From the NCBI GenBank assembly GCA_964016885.1, contig OZ024740.1, forward strand, positions 427,118,001-427,182,000: DNA of 64,000 bases, given 5' to 3'. Below are positions 58,365 through 64,000 of this stretch, one piece after another. The first letter of the stretch is position 1. Each line of letters opens with the position of its first letter. The notes beneath the pieces were generated by a model. That model saw only the letters and a program-made list of their open reading frames with translations, was not told where the DNA came from and did no database searches. Source of the DNA: Eledone cirrhosa. Its lineage: Eukaryota. Position numbers and translations under genes: made by a program.

Positions 58365-61300
58365 GGATCCACAGCAAGCGACACCTGGCTCCCATCTTCG
58401 ATGATTATGAAATCTACGCATCTCTCTGTCAGCCGGGAGGTGGTGGTGGGGTTGCTGTTTTGCTGCGCAAACACCTGAACCGCGTAACACAGACGGTATA
58501 TCTGGACCCGGAGGGTCGAATGGTGGTCCTAGACGTTGACGGTATTGAAGGTGGAGCCTTCAGGCTGGTGGCCGCATATGCCCCATCCGGAACACCGCGG
58601 CCAGACTTCTGCAAAAGTCTAGAGACTTTTCTGGGAAATGTCCCGCCCCCTTCTGTTAGTGGGGGACTGGAATTGAATCCTAGATGCATGTTGGTACTAT
58701 GTGGCAGCATGTCCCGATAGAGGTGGGTGTAACAGCCTCAAACAGTTAATCGGCCGATTTGACCTGGCCGATAGATTTCGACTAGATTTTCCGATTGTGC
58801 CACTGTGGACGTGGACTAATCGTAGCGGAACATCTAGATCGTACTTAGATAGGGTTCTAGTTAGAAAGAAGGATAGGGACATGCTAAGCTGTCCACAAAT
58901 GTTCATGGTTGCCTACTCAGATCACAAATTAGTGACCTGCTTAGTCAACCTTGACAAAACCCATAGACAGGGACCCGGCAATTGGAAGCTGAACTTGTCG
59001 TTACCGACATGCAAAGCCTACAGTAGACGGATTAGCACTTTAGTTAAGCAGCACTTGACGGGGGCCATTGTCAACAACAGATGGTGGTACTCTCTCAAGA
59101 GGGCAGTTAGATTAGACGCGATAGGTTTTAGTAAAGAATTAGTGTTAGATAGAAATAAGACCGAAAAGGACGTGTAGATGAAGTAGAAGAGGCACTTAGG
59201 AGTGGCAACGTAGCCAGCGTGCTAGCGACGAGAACGCCCTTGGACCAGTTTTTCGACGCAAAGAATGAAGGCTACGTTGTCAGAAGCAAAATACGTGCTC
59301 TGGAAAACGAGGGAGCCAAAGCTGTTAGCTGGGCCCGAGTGACGGAGGCGAAAAGTGGCAACAAGTCCACGATTCGGTCTTTGAAGGACCAAGACGGACG
59401 CGTGATACGTGAGCCGAAGCAGATATCGTGGTCTTTCAGCGGCACTTTGCTCAACTGTTCGGGCAGGGCGGCGCGCCGAGAGGGGCTATGGATTTCGGTC
59501 CATACCTCGACGGCCTACCGCGACTCTCGGACAGCGAGGCGAATTTCTCCGAAAAGCTGATTTCAGTCTCTGAGATAGGGGACGCGCTGAGCCAATGCGG
59601 CAAACACAAATCTCCAGGTCTCGACGGTCTGCCCAACAAATTTTACGTAACAATGCCGGACTTGTTCTCCGGTCTCCTGGAAGCGGTCTACTGCAACTGG
59701 CAGCAGAACGGGAGAATTCCCAGTTCTGTCACCAAGGGCGTAGTCATGTTAGTCAGGAAGGACGCAAATAAGCGGAGTTAATATTCAGCTTCCGGCCCAT
59801 AACTCTGCTAAACACAGAGTTACAGATTTTGGCCAAGGGGTTGGCAAAGAGGTTGGGGCATGTCGAAAACCTGGTGGGAGAAGCGCAGACATACGCAATC
59901 CCGACCAGGTCCATACACGACAACCTCCACCTCATGCGATACATCATAGAGAGGGCAGTGTGTAAACCCGGCTTCGGTGGGGGCCTGATGAACTTGGATC
60001 AGTCTAAGGCTTTCGATAGGGTAGACCATCGTTACCTGGATGCGTTGCTCGAGGCGGCAGGATTCGGACCCGTGTTCAGGGGATGGATTGCAGCAATGCA
60101 CAGCAGCAACATCTGCTCACGGGTCAAGGTGAACGGCTACGTCTCGGAGCCGTTCCATATCATGATCCATCCGACCGGGATGCCGTCTATCCTCCCTTCT
60201 GTACGTACTGTCTCTCGAGCCACTACTTCAGAAGTTGGAGCTATTGCAGGGAATCCCTTTGGAACCGAGACTGCGAAAAGAGACGTCGGCCTACGCCGAC
60301 GACGTGACAGCAATGGTGTCGAGCACCTCGCAAATCGGGGAGGTCGGCACCTTACTGGAGGAATACGAAAGGTTCACAGGAGCGAAGCTGAACCGGGACA
60401 AATCCGTCGGTTTGCAACTCGGAACGTGGAGAGGCAAATCGATGTCTTCCGATGGCATCGTCGGACGCTGGACGGAAGGACCGGTAAATCTGCTCGGGGT
60501 CTCGTTTAGTCCGGACTTCCAGGTGAAGAAGAACTGGAACGAGGTGTTTGCGCTCACCCAGAAGTGGGCCGAGTGCAAACTATCCTTGAAAGGTCGAACG
60601 GAGGTGGCGAACACTTTTATAGCGCCCATCATCTACTACCGCTTGACCGTCGTGCCTTGTCCAGCCAAAACGCTCACCAAAATGGAGCGCGCGCTCTTCC
60701 AATTGCTTTGGAAGAAACGGGCTCCTTTAGTGAGAAAATCCGTCTGCTGCCAACACCCTTCAAACGGAGGGCTGGGATGCCGTGGCTGACGATGCGCAAA
60801 CACGCGCTCAGACTGCGGCACCTCCACGTATTCCTCACCGGACAACCGGTGTGGGCCCCGTTCGTGAGGTGAGCCTTACCATGACTCGTCTCGCTGACTG
60901 AGCTGCAATCCTGGGTCAAGCAAAGACCGAGGAAAATGGGCGACAGGCACATCGAATGTGCTCAGGCGTTCACAGTCCTCTAGCAAACGGACCCGGCAAA
61001 CAGTCCTCTGGCAAACGGACCCGGCGATCAGTGGAGACTCCACTTCGACATTCTACAGAGGGTTGGTCCGCAGCAAGTGCGACGACGCGCTCGGAGAAAC
61101 TCTAGGCATAGAGAAGGACGAACTGGCCAGTCTGTTCGGTAGGACCTTCCACCCGGGACAAATGAACAACTTCCAAAAGTCCCTGGCCTGACAGTGCTAC
61201 CGAGGAGCTCTACCAGTTCGAGACAAGCTCTACAGACATGGGCGCCCGGGCAGGGACGCTTCGAAAAAGATCTGTCCGAGATGCGTGCGAGATGAAGAAA

Positions 61301-61936
61301 CAGTCGCGCATGCATTCGTGCACTTCCCGGGCGTTACCGACCTGTGGGGCTATGTAGAACGAATATTGTCGCGGGTGGGACCAATCCAGTTGACCACCGA
61401 GTACATTGTCATGATCAACCCGCCACCCCCCTTCACATTCGAGGGAGAGGCGGTTTTTCTCTGTGTTATGGCTATGGTGAAAGAGGTTATATGGTGGACG
61501 AGGTTAAAAGGGCTGAGGTCAGACACCTTTCTCTCCGGCGAGCAACTGATTCGTGTTTTCAAATATAATTTTGGAAGAAGAATCAGGATGGAGAGAGAGG
61601 TGCTGTACCCCAGCAAATTTTATAAAAGGTGGGTGAATGTGGCAAAGATGACACGAGTGTTTGGGCCTTCTCTCTATATAAGCCTGTAGGTTGAGGAAAA
61701 AGAGGAAGAGAGGAGGGAAGTACTCACTCTTGGTGCTCCTGAAGATGAGGGTTGTACATTTTTCGGGGTGTGTACAACCCCTGTGTAATGCCTAACCCCC
61801 TATTGGGGATTTCAATTGTTATTTGTTATTTTATTAATAGTTTTATTTTCATATACCTGTATGTAAACTCTCCATTTGTATTTGTCCCCTTCTTTTGTGC
61901 CCTTGTGGCTAATAAAGAAATTTATCTATCTATCTG
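58365..61936 (+). mobile_element. L1/Tx1-clade LINE ORF2, nearly complete but frameshifted (APE endonuclease, RT, C-terminal CCHC)
   Basis: GGGVAVL, AYAP, SYLDRVLV, SDH (APE); KSPGLDGLP, LDQSKAFDRVDH, AYADD (RT); CPRC..ETVAHAF.H; (ATCT)n tail. Confidence 0.93.
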
Positions 61937-62902
61937 AGTTCCTTCAGGCGCTCACAGCCCTCTACCAAGCGGAAACGGCAATCAGCGGAACTCCACTTCG
62001 ACATTCTATAGGGGATTAGTGGAGGATAAGTGCGACGACGTTCTCGGGGAAACTCTAGGCTTCGAGGAGGACGAACTCATCAGTCTATTCGGGAGGACTT
62101 CACGTCCAGTGCTTATGGATAACCTCCAGAGGTCTCTGGCCTGGCAGTGCTACCGAGGTTCTCTACCAGTTCGAAACAAAATCTACAGGCACGGACGCCC
62201 TGGCAGAGATCCTGCTAAAAGGACCTGTCCAAGATGCGAACAGGACATCTAAACCGTTCTGCACGCAATTGTTCAGTGCCCAGGGGTGACTGACCTGTGG
62301 AATTATGTCGAAAAGCTACTGTCACGTGTAGGACGCATCCAGTTGTCAGCCGAGTCCATCGTGAGGATCACCCGCCGCCTTCATTTAAGAATGGAGGAGA
62401 GGCGGTTTTCCTCTGCCTGGTGGCTATGGCGAAAGAGGTAATATGGTGGAAGAGGTTAAAAAAACTGAGGGCAAGCACCTTTCTCTCTTGACATCAACTC
62501 ATCCCCTTCTTTAAGTACAACTTCAGAAGGAAGGTGAGAGTGGAGAGAGAGGTGCTACACCCCAGTAAATTCGCTGAAAGGTGGGTGAATGTGGCGAAAA
62601 TGGCCTGGGTGAATAGGCCTTCTCTGTATATAAACCTGTAGGTTGAGGAAGATAAACAGAGGGAAGACGGGAACACCTACAAAACGTGTTCCTGGTGTTG
62701 GGGGTTGTTCTATCCACGTGGATGTAAAACAACCCCGCAGTTGCGTTACCCCCCCCCCCCCCCCCCTAATGGGGATTTCAATTGTTTATTTTTATATATA
62801 ATTTATTGTTCTTTATCATTCTTAAAGATTTTAAGTAAAACCCCCGCCGTCACCTCTTGTAATGTACCAATTTTTGTACGCCTCTGTGGCAAATAAAGAA
62901 TT
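61937..62902 (+). mobile_element. 5'-truncated L1/Tx1 copy, same subfamily as 38430-39400
   Basis: Similar 5' start and a shared in-frame TAA (ggacatcTAAaccg). Confidence 0.88.
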
Positions 62903-62993
62903 ACCCGGAGTAAACAAACCAAACTGCGTACTTCGGCGAGTGCTCCAACTGCATACTGAGGTGTCGGTAAACAACCAGCATATACTCAACATT

Positions 62994-63147
<154 letters not shown>

Positions 63148-63216
63148 GATGTCGAAAGACACACTTAAATTATTTGTTCATTCTTTTTTAATTCATCATC
63201 TTATATGCAGTGAGAA

Positions 63217-63277
63217 TTCCAAATAGCTATTTCAGGATTTGTATCCGTCCTTAAAGACATTTCCTCATCAGTAAATA
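63217..63277 (-). ncRNA. Hammerhead ribozyme motif
   Basis: Reverse complement: ttta-CTGATGA-gga...tcct-GAAA-tagcta-tt-tggaa. Palindromic stem III, weak stem I. Confidence 0.55.
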
Positions 63278-63569
63278 CGACTTCATCGTACATCCTGAGA
63301 TAGAGAGAAAGGAAAATCATTAAGTAAATGTGTGAAATTGTACACTGATTGAGGTCACAAAATGGACAACGTACTATAATTATGTACCAAGTAATCTTTG
63401 CTATTGCTCTCCCTTGCCGTCCGCCGAGGAAACGCCTTCTCAATTCTGTCCGCTGGGGCTGTGGGGAGGCCACCACTATGATTATGATTGACTGGCTTGT
63501 CCTTTTATCAGTCAGATTAAAAAAACTAGTTACATACCTTACATGAAGGTACTATTATTATTTCATTTG

Positions 63570-63749
63570 ACAATATCGGTAGAGGGTCGGACGCCATGCT
63601 TTGCAGCATAGAGTTACGCCCCTTTATGATCTGAGTTCAAATCCCCCCGAGGTTAACTTTGCCTTTCATCATTACGGGGTCGATAAAATGAAGTACCAGT
63701 AATGTACTGGGCAATTGCTGGCCTTGTGCCAAAAGTAGAAACAATTATT
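63570..63749 (+). mobile_element. tRNA-derived SINE
   Basis: Same family as 34052-34240. Confidence 0.88.
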
Positions 63750-64000
63750 TCATTTGTTCAAACCAATAATAACAGTCTGAACTGTTTCTGACGAATTTCA
63801 GTAGATTTTCTCTAATATTGGCACAAAGTCATCAAATTGAAGAAAAGAGAAAGTCGATTATACTGACCCCTGTACCTGAATCGAATTTTATTTTACCGTT
63901 CCTAGAAGATTGAAAGGCAAAGTTGACCTCGACAGGATTTGAACTGACAATACCGATATTAGTTTATCTGACACTCTACCTACACTGACTATACACCTAC

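Overview
AT-rich, microsatellite-saturated, essentially gene-free eukaryotic DNA. The tRNA-derived SINEs and repeat make-up suggest an octopus or other coleoid cephalopod (inference). Almost all complex sequence is transposon-derived: Penelope-like elements (PLEs; RT and GIY-YIG remnants), an L1/Tx1 LINE stacked head-to-tail in (ATCT)n, a CR1-group LINE, RTE and CRE fragments, an RTE-derived non-autonomous family, SINEs, Helitrons, a mariner relic and a MITE. Nearly all long ORFs in the track are microsatellite artefacts. The strongest signal is non-coding: about 20 type I hammerhead ribozyme (HHR) motifs, found by eye. Many sit in small 'fold-back hairpin + unpaired tail' insertions in (TA)n. 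One family has a constant 80-nt tail and a fixed fold-back end. Several unrelated families share a TATTGAGTAC-like motif 30-55 nt from the 3' end. A ~430-bp HHR-bearing non-coding unit occurs in circularly permuted copies (retrozyme-like). No host gene could be supported with confidence. Coordinates were read by eye and may be a few bases off.
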